Source: Bugula neritina (lineage: Eukaryota; Animalia; Bryozoa). From it: a stretch of DNA of 64,000 nt. Positions 38,001 to 53,200 of this stretch are shown here, in pieces (position 1 is the first letter of the stretch; each line of letters starts with the position of its first letter). The translations under genes were made by a program, and so were the position numbers. The stretch lies in contig OZ037770.1 in assembly GCA_964035545.1 (NCBI GenBank), positions 1,488,001 to 1,552,000 of the forward strand, written 5' to 3'. The notes beneath the pieces are model-generated. The model saw nothing but the letters and a program-made list of their open reading frames with translations, was not told where the DNA came from and did no database searches.

Positions 38001-40999
38001 ATAGAGCAGTATGCAGTGCCTACTCGAACAGTTTAAGCTCTTGTTTCTCATTCCATGGAATAAATTATAAATAGCATTCTATTGAAATCTCAGTTATCGG
38101 ATGGGCAGCTAGCATATATACAAGCCAACTGGTTAACAAACACTGAGCAAAATTTTATTTTTGTTTCAAATTAAAGTTGAGAGAGGTGCATGAATATAAA
38201 AATAGGAAAATGTTTGGGTTCTAGCTTAAAAATTAGCATAGAAAATTATTTTCATGTAAGAGCTGGTATATATAAGCAAATTCAAACTAAATTTTAATAC
38301 GAAAATTAAAGAACTTGGCCTATTGAAACGTCTCCATGACTGCTAGCAGCTGTTTCCTTATTGTGAAAACCCTGAGGAAAATAATGGCAATTAAAAAAAA
38401 AAATTGCAGTATATTATGCAGCTTTGAGGGTGATCATTTTAGAGTTTAATTATAAATGTACTTGGCGAAAAAAAAAGAATCAATGAATTTGCAAAAAATA
38501 ATATTTTCTATTTCTATACGGACTTTTTCAGGTACTTTTGCTCCATGAGCCTCTTTTTATTTTGTTGATTTTAAGGAGATGATGTAGTACTGCTGTACTT
38601 GACAAAAGTTTACTAAAAAGAGTGCAGAAAATGAGATAGGAGATTAGGGTCACAGTATCTCGACCGAATAGCCCAATGTTCACCCAAGCTAAACCTTGTT
38701 CAATAGAGATTATGGCAATGAAGGGTGCTTTTCAATACTTAAGTAAGGTACTAATGTGGTGGTTTGTGACGTCACCCGTATAATATAAAAGGGAAAGTGT
38801 TGTTCCCCCTTTCTAAAGAATACTGTAATCATCATGCACATGGAGGTGACATGATCATGATGAACTAGCCAATAGGAACAGTTTGGGGTCATGTGAACAA
38901 TTAGTAAGAGTTCCCGCGTAGAGTGTTGTGGTGAGTGAGGACTCAAGTTGTAAACACGTATTGTGAATGTGTACTATTGTGGATTGACAATGTTTTTCTC
39001 ATGTACTTCATTTTATAAATATAGTGTTCTATTATCCGGCTACTTATACCTTGTTAAATTGATTAGATTGGAGCAAATGTACTAATTGATTATACACACT
39101 GATAACCCCCATAAGTGAAAATCAACAACAGTATAATAGGGAATATATATGAAGAATTACCACAGGATAGTTAAGGACATCCTCACTAAGAATATCATAA
39201 ATAATTTCTCTCAAAATGTAGTTTAGGTTTTTGAATAATATGGCTTTGTGGGTGGCATGCGTGTTGCCTACTTGCAATTGTTTAGCCTAAGATCAAACTA
39301 CAACCAATAAGCAGCAACCTTTATTAGGGCTGCGTAATCTATCAACATTCCATTATGGGTGCTACATAAACAAAGTACAAAGCAAGCTATTCATTATAGC
39401 CTGCCAGCTAGTAAGCCTGTAATTATTATGTACGCGCCAATATCTTCTCATCTCTACGTGCTCATTGAAGCGTAAAGTGCTGCGCGCTGCTAATTTTCTA
39501 TGAAAAAATATAGTATATTCAGTGTATAAATCACCAATTTATGGGCAATCTAGAAGAGTTATTGGAAAAAAAAAAGATTTGCACTGGAGAAATATCTCAG
39601 GATTCCAGCAGTGCAATTTTTATTCAGATATCATGTTTTCCTGCTGAGTTATTTTACTGGCACTGAAAAGTCAGCTTTTCAGGCAAAATTGGCCAAAATT
39701 GGGCAGTTTTCTGTCTATAACTTTGCAAAAAAAATGAAAATTGAAATTTCCAAAAAACTTACACTGGAGAAAAAGAAGATCTACAACATAGTTTTTAAGT
39801 TTTGACTCTAGCACAATTAGGTGAGATTTTATTTTACTGGCAGTGAATTCTTGTATGATTAAAATGCAAACCTCAGCAAGGCAGTTGCAGGTAAAATGTT
39901 GCCCTTAACTATCCTGTGAGAGTCAATGCTTTTGTAATGTTGGTCGTAACTACAGCCCATTTGACTAAATATAATGTTCATTTTGCTTACTTTACCTTCC
40001 TTTCATATTTGAGTCCATAATTAGTTGAATTATGAGAAGCCTATATAGGGAGGTCTACGAATGACTATAAATGAAAGAACAATCTCGTGTTATTTTAGCA
40101 CGAACTTCAATATAAAGAAAACATTGAAAACACAAATCTTTAAAGCTGAATAATATTTAAATACATTTAACAAAATGACTTACTAATATTTTATGGACCT
40201 GTTTGCTAAAGACTCATAAGCGTCCTACGTTGCTTAATTTTAAAGTCGTTTGTTTCAGGCTAAGACACTATATTATATAAGCAAATCAATAGGTTTAAAA
40301 AAATGCTAAAAAGTTAGTTATTTTAACTGGTTAGCTGTTATCCAATGTGAAGAGTATAGGAATATTTCACTAAGTGCTTAGAATAAATCAAGAAAAAAAT
40401 ATTTTTTTATTAGAAAGCTACACAGTCAGAGATATTATTTTTGTGATGAAATTATCTTTGTTCAAATTGTTGTACTCGCTGTGCATTCACTTTCAATAAT
40501 GTTTTCAACATGTAAAGATTTACTTATCTCACCTTGCTCTGTGAATCACGTGCGCTATTCATCTAAAATAAATTAAAAACAAATGCAACTCAAACGATGT
40601 TTACAAGTTGACGAAGTAGTATACTATACACAAACAGTTTAAGGGCATGTTTCTTAGGTCTTGGCATCTTTCTAGCTATGTATGACATCAAAAACATTCC
40701 ACAGAATATGCTAGATGAAAAAAAATTATATAGTATTTTTTTGAGCAAACATGAAAGATTTGCGAAACATTTTATAATAATATAGTTATAGTTATGCAAA
40801 TGAGAATTATATTGTAAAAAATATATTGCAGATAATATTGTTCTCACAAGAGCAGTTCTTTACTTTTAATAAGTGTTTACACTGAAATTTGACAAACCTC
40901 AAGTATTTTATGTCAAAATCAGAAAAAAATAACATATTCTATTTGAACTAATTTCCTGCGATTACAAACCAATCTAGAAAAGAAATCCTTGCCGTCCAT
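26287..40999 (-). CDS. Predicted micro-exon gene encoding an unknown Ser/Lys-rich repetitive protein; 3' end unresolved
   Basis: Candidate exons: 40999-40970 MDGKDFFSRL; 40881-40848; 40675-40632; 40562-40533 MNSARDSQSK; 40267-40229; 40040-39996 ASHNSTNYGLKYERK; 37711-37655 (weak acceptor); 36006-35938; 35741-35682; 35530-35474; 35274-35215; then 10 x (69 nt ETVFASIKSDLSNSRMSESHKSK + 60 nt VSEPSWGDTSRTEKSPDISQ variants), last pair 26609-26541 and 26346-26287. All AG/GT bounded and jointly in frame. The 5' exons are less certain than the array exons. Confidence 0.65.
38591..39130 (+). mobile_element. Possible solo LTR
   Basis: TGCTGT...ACAACA ends, flanks gtac/gtat (1 mismatch), internal TGACGTCA and TATAAAAGGG, higher GC than surroundings. 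Confidence 0.4.
39161..39918 (+). mobile_element. 758-bp CACAG-terminal MITE (EnSpm/CMC-like)
   Basis: 16-bp perfect TIR CACAGGATAGTTAAGG; TSD not intact (ac/ag). Confidence 0.75.
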
Positions 41000-41060
41000 T
41001 GCGGTGTTTCTATTCTCAGTTAAAGGCTCAGGAAATGATCACCTGAAAAAGAGTCATTTG

Positions 41061-41385
<325 letters not shown>

Positions 41386-41388
41386 ACA

Positions 41389-43510
<2,122 letters not shown>

Positions 43511-43555
43511 GTTCATATATAATATATAATATCTAATATATATATAATATATATA

Positions 43556-43646
<91 letters not shown>

Positions 43647-43675
43647 AATATATCTTTACGAGCTAGTAATTTGAT

Positions 43676-43871
43676 TATAAATAGGTATACGAGAAACATT
43701 GTTATTTATTACGTTATTAGGTAAAGTAATTACACTGATATTTCGGGTACCACTTTACCCATCTTCAGAGTAGCATTCATTGCTACTCTGAAGATGGGTA
43801 CAGCGGTACCCGAAATATCAGTGTAATTACTTTACCTAATAAAGTAATAAATAACAATGTTTCTCGTATAC

Positions 43872-43880
<9 letters not shown>
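43676..43880. mobile_element. ~205-bp fold-back element, Penelope-like terminal repeats in inverted arrangement
   Basis: Two ~100-bp inverted arms around a ttcat loop (43776-43780), three mismatches seen; AATAAA in each arm; (TA)n on both sides. Confidence 0.8.
43779..43827 (+). ncRNA. Minimal type I hammerhead ribozyme motif (mirror copy on minus strand 43729-43777)
   Basis: attgctact-CTGAAGA-T-GGGTAC(agcg)GTACCC-GAAA-TA-TC|agtgtaat: core boxes, 6-bp stem II, bulged stem I, palindromic ATAT in place of stem III. Confidence 0.65.
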
Positions 43881-43959
<79 letters not shown>

Positions 43960-43972
43960 GTATATGTATATC

Positions 43973-44015
<43 letters not shown>

Positions 44016-44081
44016 GTATGTATATGTATATGTATATGTATATCTATATGTAAATGTATCTATATACATGCATATATATAT
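43878..44081. repeat. (TA)n + (TATATG)n microsatellite
   Basis: Direct reading. Confidence 0.98.
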
Positions 44082-44862
44082 ATGCTGTGTGCATGTGCTT
44101 GTGCGAGTAATTACTATTGAAGTAGCATTCAATATCTCTCATATTAAATCTCAATTCACCTTACTCGCCATTGATGATGTCATAGAAAGCAGATAAAGTT
44201 CACATACAATTATTACCAGACACACAAAAAATACTAAACATAATGCCTCTCCGACCTAAAACTGTTATTTAATAAATAATTTGTCACAGTGATAGGAGTA
44301 TTTAACGTAGACATGAGCTATATAGTCAAGGAAATCTTCAGAGAAAGATACAGCTCTACAAGTCAATGATTGGAGGGATGCACTTTCGATTAATAGTACT
44401 GAACACTTACCTATTAGCCAAACACAACTTTTTGATGCAGCTTGTTTCTAGTATAACTAGTATAAGTTCCAGATGTTCCACCTTGTTCAGCACTTCTTAT
44501 TTTGCACTCGTTTCCAGAAAAAAGTTTTACACACTGTTTTACTTTTTTTCTTGCCAAAGACTTTACAGAGAGTCAAACGAATGGCTGCCTCTAGGTAGGA
44601 TGCCCAACTAAGTCGAAGAACTCTTTTGAAGTGAGCCAATTCAAGGTTATAAAATTATGTGAAAATTCTTGTACAAGTTGCCTATTCTACTCTATTATTC
44701 AAACTCAATAATGCACATGATTTCTATATTTTGTTTTGTGGGCACAAAACACACTTGTTGTTTTAATGATTACTGGAAGTTTCCAAAACAATTGGCTTTA
44801 TTGCTGATATACTTGTTGTAATTTAAACAGGTATAAAAGCTAAATTATTGGAAACTTCCAAC

Positions 44863-47250
44863 CATAGTTAGTTTAAGGTCATGTTTTCTTAGTTCCTGGC
44901 TTTTTGCCAGGTGCTTTACGTTCTATAGGAACAATGTTCCACTGATAGCTCGAACAGGTTGAATGTCACAGCAACAATAAAAATATGAAAGATAAAGAAT
45001 CTTATGTTCTCCAATATTCTTTTTTAATTTTTTCAAAAGCCAATTCATGTTTAGGTTATTGCTTGTTGAAAAACGTAGTCCCCCTTCCACATTCTTTCTA
45101 ATTTATACGCTCCTGACTTGTATTGTATCTCAATATACTGCATTTGAGTGCTTTTTAGTCTCACTTCACTAACTTTGCCTATACTTCACAAGTGCCAGTG
45201 CTGCTGGCTCATAAGCTAAATGTTATAAACTGTCAGCTAAAACCCATTATTGTATTCCTAGGTTGGTTGGCCTAAATAAAACAATTGTCAAATCATGATT
45301 TTATGTTATAGGAGTATACTCTATTCCAACCTGCTGCCTAGCTTTTTTTTTTTCCTATATCATAATCTTTGATGTAATTACAGAATTGGTGTGTCACATT
45401 TTCTTTGGCAACCATCCGAGTTATAAACAGCAGTAATGGTACCTATAATATTATATTATTATCATTATAATATAATATATAATATTATGTGTTTTTTTAT
45501 TTATTGCATAATATATATTTTATTATTGTTGTGCACACAAGGGCAATTAAACTAGTTTTCAAAATGTGCCTCTAAATTATCAGAATATTAGTTAAAATAT
45601 GTTCATGGTTTGTTAGGTAAACCTAAAAAAGGATGCTGTATTCCGTAAGTAAAAGGGTGTTGAACCATAATGAACTACAATAGATTAGCCACTCTGCTAC
45701 CAATTGCATCAGTATAATATATGGCTAGCTGTGATGCTTTTGTTTGTCTCCGGTGGCTGGCTGCAATATGATAACTTGGCCAACTTCCAAGAGTTTAAAA
45801 TTGGCGCAATAGTTCAAGAAATTACATACTGCACAGAGCTCGTGGTGATAAAAACCTTGCTATTATCAGTACTTATTACAACTGCCAGCTTACGAGCTGC
45901 ATTGTATAATGCCGTTTAGGCAGACTACTAAAACCAAATTTTTCTCCATATAAATATACCTTAAACACAATGCAGCAACATAATTTTTATTTTCAAATTA
46001 CATTGCCACCCTTACATGAGCTGTGGGTTTCATGCATAAAGATTCATATGATTAGAGAGTTATGCTATAGCCTATAGGCCCTAACTGTGCTAGTAAATGA
46101 AGAAAAAAACACACCATCGTCAAAGTTTACTTCAAGTATGTTGTTTCTCAAAAACTCAGTTTTGTCCATCACTCTTTTGCATACAAATACTTATGTAATA
46201 GCATACAGTTTAAGTTTTTTTTTGGAGCACATCTGCAAACTCTACAATGATAGGCAAGATCATGCTTTACCAGTTTATTTCAGACCTGTTTTTGTAGCTA
46301 GTAATATGCAAGCTACTTACTTTTCAACTTCTGGGTTATTTGTTCAAAACCATTAGCTTTGCTAGCAACCTGAGGCTATTACAACAGTTTTTGAAAATAG
46401 CTAGCCACTGGTAGTCAACATGAATTGACAGCCTAACAATTATAACCCATATTTTGAGGCTCCAAATATGATTTATGTAATGATAGTTTTTAATATAATG
46501 CGCTTTTCATTCACCAAGACTAAGTGGTCTAGAGGTTAAAGGTGCCAGCGATGAGTTGATTGGTAGTGGTTCAACCCTTTTCTGTGGCAATTTTTTTTTG
46601 TCAATTTATGCAAATCCTACTCATGTATAATAAATATGGCTATAGATTTAGCATTTCTTCACCCTTGGAAACATTATTCAACAATAGGACAACATATATG
46701 CATACTAATTAGATACTGAGCACTGGGCTAAGCCTTAAATTGATTTTATGGAATACAATGCACTTAAAATATTCTTATGTGAATTAGAGAAACTGAAAGT
46801 ACACCAGCTACACTATAGATAGACTGTTACTGACAAGACTGCAAAGTGAAGTGAGGTGATTTAGCTGAAATTAACTCTGCCAAACAAACTAAGAATTATG
46901 TTTTGCTGAGACATTTTCAATAGAATGTAACATAGTGAGAAGATGCTAATGTAAAATAGGGAACATTATATTGGCAGAAATCCAATAGATTGCCAATTTG
47001 TGCGAGAGGGTACTATGTTATTGTGATAGCGTACAGAGCGGCAAACATACTAGGAACGTTATAATTAGTCACACAGGAGCGTAGCTAGCAGACTTTAGAT
47101 AAATGCAGTGAAACTTGCAAAATGGTGTACGTTTTGACCAAATTGTGAAGAGCATAAACAGAGTTTCAAAAAACAAGGAAAGTATATTAGAGAAAACATA
47201 TCAAGGAATGTCAAGCTTAAATTTTAGACTTTATATAATGAATCCCTTCT
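44863..47250 (+). mobile_element. Older, diverged, 3'-truncated copy of the 17475-20048 element
   Basis: Starts CATAGTTAGTTTAAGGTCAT, collinear with 17475-~19810, clearly more diverged than the arms; cut off by the start of arm B. Confidence 0.9.
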
Positions 47251-50200
47251 CAGGGCATAATTTCACAGTATCTCGTCCTCAGACATAACACTTATGTACC
47301 AATACGAGATACATTACATCATAATTAAATGTTGTCTATCGGCAAAAATTTTGCAGTAGCCAATCATAGTACTATAACAGGGCAGTCTGAGTGTAGTATC
47401 TCGTTTATCAGCATAATTATAATAGCCCGTAGTTGAAGATGGAGTTGGAAGCTTTTCAAATACCTCCCGCATATAATAGCATTTATGCTAGTCCTTAAAA
47501 CTAAATAAACATTATGGTAGACCAATAATCATGAAAGCTCTACTCATTTGTAACTGGAGGATTTGCAGCACCACAATACTAAATTTCTTGCATTGGAGGT
47601 GCTTAGGCTGTGTTGTCATAGTTATATGTACTTATTGGGGCTTGGTATAAAATTAAACCTGACAATTATAACGATTAAAGTATTATTGCTGTGGTTTCAA
47701 CTGACCAACTTTGGAGTTATTATCTCGATTCTTTGTCGGGAATGGTTAGATAATTTCATGCAATAATGAGTTTTGGCTTTATATCATTATAAATAATGAG
47801 TTTTGGCTTTATATCATTATAAATATCTACATTGATGGCAGCACTGAGCTAGAATTCTAATATCTTTTCAAGCTCATTGGGTGGCAGCTTATCGGCTAAA
47901 TTTTATGCAGATATTGAATAATGTGGTTTGATAGTTATGCTATATTGTTAGGTTCACAAGCATCTTTAAAAAGTTATAATTATTGCGTTGACCATAGGTC
48001 GAAAAATTACCTAAAGAGAGGGCAGACAACTCCAAAAGATTGTTTTCGCAGAAGCAAGTAAAATTCAGCTAAACTGAATACTCCAACTGATCAACATTTT
48101 CATCTATTGAAATTGAAGAAAAGTTCAATATTATTATACTATTCTAATCATGAATAGGCACAAGCTAAAAAGATATTTATTTCAAAAAATATAAAAAGTA
48201 AAGTAACACAACAATGTTTGCGAACGCAGACTTAAAAATGTGAATATTCTAGCTTGAAATTAAGTCTGAAATTCAGACTTTTCTAGGTTGAATTGACTTT
48301 AATTGACTCACCAGAAAAAACAATTAATAAAATTATAAAGACAAGCATATAATGAAAAATGTAGTTCATTAGCAAAGCTGGAGGAAAGCACTTTTTTTCT
48401 AGAAATTGTTCGATTACATAATACATTTTTGTGCAAATGATATTGTTTAATGAAATGAAACTGTTGTATTGTTTGGCTAGATGAAGTTTCAAAAGTATTT
48501 TTAATATTTTCTCAAATAAAGTAGACATGCACTCCATTTTCACATTTTTTGGCAAAACATATGATTGGGATTCAGTAGTCAATCAGTTAAGCTTGACACA
48601 AGGAGTTGTCACATCCATCCCAAAGAACAAGACCATCTACAATAACAAACATGGAAAGTACTTAAAATTACATTTAAGTTTACAATAATCCTTAAAATAT
48701 ATGTTGCCTTCTGCAAATGCTAAATAAAACACGATGTAATGCTATGTTTACTTAGACTAAATCTTGCTGACTTACAATGAAATTTATTCATTTCAATTTG
48801 AAAATTCCTGTCAATAACTTGACTCTATGCTAACAACTAATTGTAATACCAAAATCACACTGCTACTTTTAGTTTAGGGAATTTATTTTCATTATTAGTT
48901 CAATATTCAGCAGAGGTTTTTCTTTAATGAACAAACAATAGGCATACATGCAGATGAAAGATTAGGTCTAGTGAATACTAATTTTGTGCCTAACAAAAAA
49001 AAATGAAAGACTGCATGAAAAACTAACAACTCTAAAAAATTGCAATTTGAATGAGGCTCAGGCTTTTAGGTGAGCAGGAGTAACCAGAAGAGCTACTTTA
49101 ATGGAAGAAATTACTGACTGATTGTGTAGTTGCAGGCTGCATGATGTGTTTTGATTGTCACAACCACTTTTGAAAAGGGAAAATCCATTAAATTAAGACT
49201 ACTGGCAAACAACAGAACGATAAGGAAAAAATACCAAGTAGAAATTCACTTCTCAAAGCAAACTGTAGTTAATACATTATAGATGCTTAGAAGAAGCAGG
49301 CAATAGTGAATGCTATATAGTGTAGATCAGGATTCTATACAATGACAAGTAAACTGAAATTCCAGTGCACTTTGAAACTACTTGTAAGAATGGGCTTAGT
49401 GCTTTGTAGTGCCTTGAAATTTTTTCAAGTCTAATTGGCACCATACTATTAGAATTCGCAGAGAGATGACCCTTTAAACTTTCACTTTAAACTTTAATAC
49501 CTTCACGATTTTCAGTAAGAAATTCAATTTTTCTAGGTCTGAAATTTCACCGAGTTGCATTGCAAGCCGCTGGTCAAAATGTTTAGTTTGTGATAACTTA
49601 ATCAGCTGATTTCAGAATAACAATCATTGGGAATGACATCTTCATGTAGATATAGATATTTATGCTTATAATTATATCGGCTGCCTTCATCAATCATCGA
49701 TACTATGCTGCCAAATCAACTAATTAATTACAGTTGAAAACTTCAAAGGGCATTGAATAGCAATTAAGCAAGTTATACTTTTAATATTACAAAAAGAACT
49801 TATGCATCAATATGATTTAAAATATAGGCGGGCACTCCGCTAGTGATATTAACTGAAACTGGAACTTTTTTCATGCAGGAAAAGCAAAAACGCATCTCAA
49901 CAGAAACCCAAAAATTTCCAGCACACTTTATGCTTTGACAACATGCACACAATAACTTCGTTTATGGTACAAACCTTTTTGTTGGTTGTCTTCCAACATT
50001 TTCACTAGAGCAAAGCCGAAAGAAATTTGGAAACTGCATAATGATGCCAGCCACCGTGGCATCATCTTCTCTGGAAAAGTATTGACAAATCATCACCCAA
50101 AAACTTCAGCAAAGCCTCCATCAATAGTATGTAATACTTTAGGTGAAACTAAAAAGAAAGAGACAATATTTTCGTGTAATTTAACCCATCAATAAACGCA

Positions 50201-53200
50201 TCAATAGTTAGTGTGGCCATGGTTTAAACCTCATTAATTTCATGCTATTTAAGGCTTTTACAACTTAAAAGATGTAATTCATCTGCAAGAGAAATGTTAG
50301 GTATATGAAATGAGTAGAAGTGCAAAAGCAAGCAGGTATTAAGGAAGGAAGAGTTAGTAGGTGTACTTTGACTTGCGATAAATCAATGTGATACCAGATG
50401 TGAATTTTGAGGTGTGTTTACTCCAATCTCACTGAAAAGGTAGAAATAGCTAAATTTACGAGACACACAATATTTTATAAAATACTGCACATTCATTAAG
50501 ACTTTATAAAACTTTAGTGTGAAGGGTGACTCACACTTTTAAACCGTCGATGAGCTAAGTTGTAAAAGTTTGATGAGAACCTTTTACTCTATAAATTTAT
50601 GCAATATAAAATACTCTCCACATATTCAACAGCTACGAAGTTTTGTTGAAGATAAACTTCCTCAACAAATATACAGAAAAAAGCTATTTGAAAGCCAAAT
50701 TTCATTAGCATATTATAAGATTATTTGTGTTTCATCTTTATAAACAATGATTTAGTCATTTAACGGATAACTAATGATTTCAATTTGTTTTTCATTCAAT
50801 AAAAACTAAGTGTAGTTGGTATTAAAAACAGCTTTCATTTCTCACTTTTTTTCTCACCCTAATCTGCGTAGGCAAACAATTGGTTTGTTTCAAACACCAC
50901 AACAGTAAAGCGTGACAGCATAGCCAGTGGAGAAAACAATCATCTATACTGCTGGATCAGTGGCAACTTGTGAGTGTGTCAGAGTAGTGTCTTGTTGTGT
51001 GACTCTACAAATAAATTATGAATTTGAATATACTACAAAGTTGCAAACATTGTTTTAACAAAACACAGCATTTATTTGATATTATATGTAAAGCTCAAGT
51101 TGGTATAATATATATTAAATAAATTTTAGCTTTCCTTTTGGATACTCTAAAACAAAATAAAAAAATAAACCAAAATTGGGTAAAGCCATACAAACTAGAG
51201 AGAGAAAGAGAGTGGGAGAGGGGGGGGTGGGAGAGAAAGGTTAGGAGAGAGGATGGAAGAGAGATGGGGTAGAAGAGAGAAAGGGAGAGAGTCAGAGAGA
51301 TAGTGGAAAAGGGAAGAGAGAAAGGTTAGGAGAGAGAGAAGGTGGGAGAGACGGAGAGTGGGAGAGAGAGAAGGTGGGAGAGACAGAGGGTGGGAGAGAG
51401 GGAGGGTGGGAGAGAGGGAGGGTGGGAGAGAGGGGGAGAAAGAGAGAGAGGTTGAGTGGAAGGTGTGGGAGAAAGAGACAGAGAGAGGAGTGAGAGAGCT
51501 TCCAAACTAACACCATTGACTTAAAAAATGTTGATAAAAACTGCAGCAAGTCTTTAAAAACGATGCTAGCAAGTTCAAAGCTCACTATAACTTTCAAAAT
51601 CAATAAAATGTCAAGTTCAAAAAACTCATCTGCGAGCAAAAAATAGTTACAGAGACAACCAGGTATTGGGCAAGAGCCAGCTAATAGGAGTACCTTTTTA
51701 GATAAACTGCATGCAGGCACAGTGAGATAGCATCGGTGAGTTGTGTCTTCATTTTAATTTCCTAAAAATGAACATAAACAAATGCTAGTAATGAAAGTTT
51801 TCAGGGTTATTAAGGGTGCAATTTTATCACTAAACATCATAGCAATAGCAAAAATTGCTCAGTACAAATTTAAGAAAAATTTCTTTCATCCATTACATAA
51901 TACCCGAAATCAAATCCATTTATTCAATTCATCAAGCTGAAAAACCAAGAATAATCAGAAAGACAGTAAAATCACTTTCTCGTAAAAAACAGCTTTAGAT
52001 CATAATTGTTGGGTTCAGCTCTTAAGCTAAGACACCGATGCACTGAAATACGAAAAAGATCAGCATACTTTTGACTGTCACAAAATTTATTTTACGTGCA
52101 ACAGACATTTTAAGGTCACCCGCCACCCGCGAAGGACCACGTTGGTGAAAGGTGACCAGATATTTTAAGGTCAATCAAAATCAAGCAAAGTTCATCGTCA
52201 TATTGCTTACTGCTTAATGCTGCAGCTTATTTTTGCTTACCAAGTTTCTTTCTGCAGAATAATTGTAGCTAGCTTCTCGATTTGCCATCTTTATTCCAGT
52301 CCAGGTTCAAATGACATCTTGATCGTTGCAAATATCCATGCAAGCTAAAAAATATTTATCAATCAGTAAAACAACAGAAATACTTACAATGATCCAAATA
52401 TTACTATTACATTACTATAACATTACACAGTAACACTATGTTTATAATTGTAATACGGAAGCATGACTTTGTGGTAGTTTGATATGCTATAGCAAAAGGT
52501 AGAAAAATCAACTGAAAAACCGACAGAAATAATCAAGTACAATTAACTAAAGTAAATAAACTTACTGAATAGTAAATATTTTACTATACTTAGTGAATTG
52601 ATTTACTTCCACTAGGTTTACTTTCATGATTAAATGTTTCTGTCTATTTTCCAGTTTATAGGAATATATTAAAAGTGAAACCAATTATAATTACTATTAC
52701 CTTATCTAGTTTTGACTATATATTTTTCACAAATATAAACATAGTTATATGCGTATTCCTATTGTGACTGCAGATACCATTGCGGTAACTGAAATCAAAC
52801 TTCATTCTACTTCAAGTTTCAAACATTGTCCCAGTTCAAAGACTAACAAGTAAATAATTAATAACTGTGAAAGCTCCAATAAGTTACTTCATTATTAAAT
52901 AAGATATAACTGATTCTACTGTATATGATACTATGGTATCTGTATTAAATTAAAACATAATTATGAAAATCAAAAGTTGTATTTTGAGCACTTATATTAT
53001 AGTAATTAAATTAACAGCTTAAAATAGGCACATTAAACCATGATTGGAATTTTTATCCATTTATCTTTATAATTATATTTATTCTTTATTCTGAAAGTTG
53101 ACGCAACACTGGTAACAAAACTAAAAGTAATTGATTAAGTATGATTTATTCTTACACACTTTACCATTATATTTAGTCTTCCTGACTTTCAGTCTGTCAT

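Noticed and set aside
44774-44860. Small inverted repeat tggaagtttccaa/ttggaaacttcca
   Set aside because: Possibly a tiny MITE, but single copy and no clear TSD.
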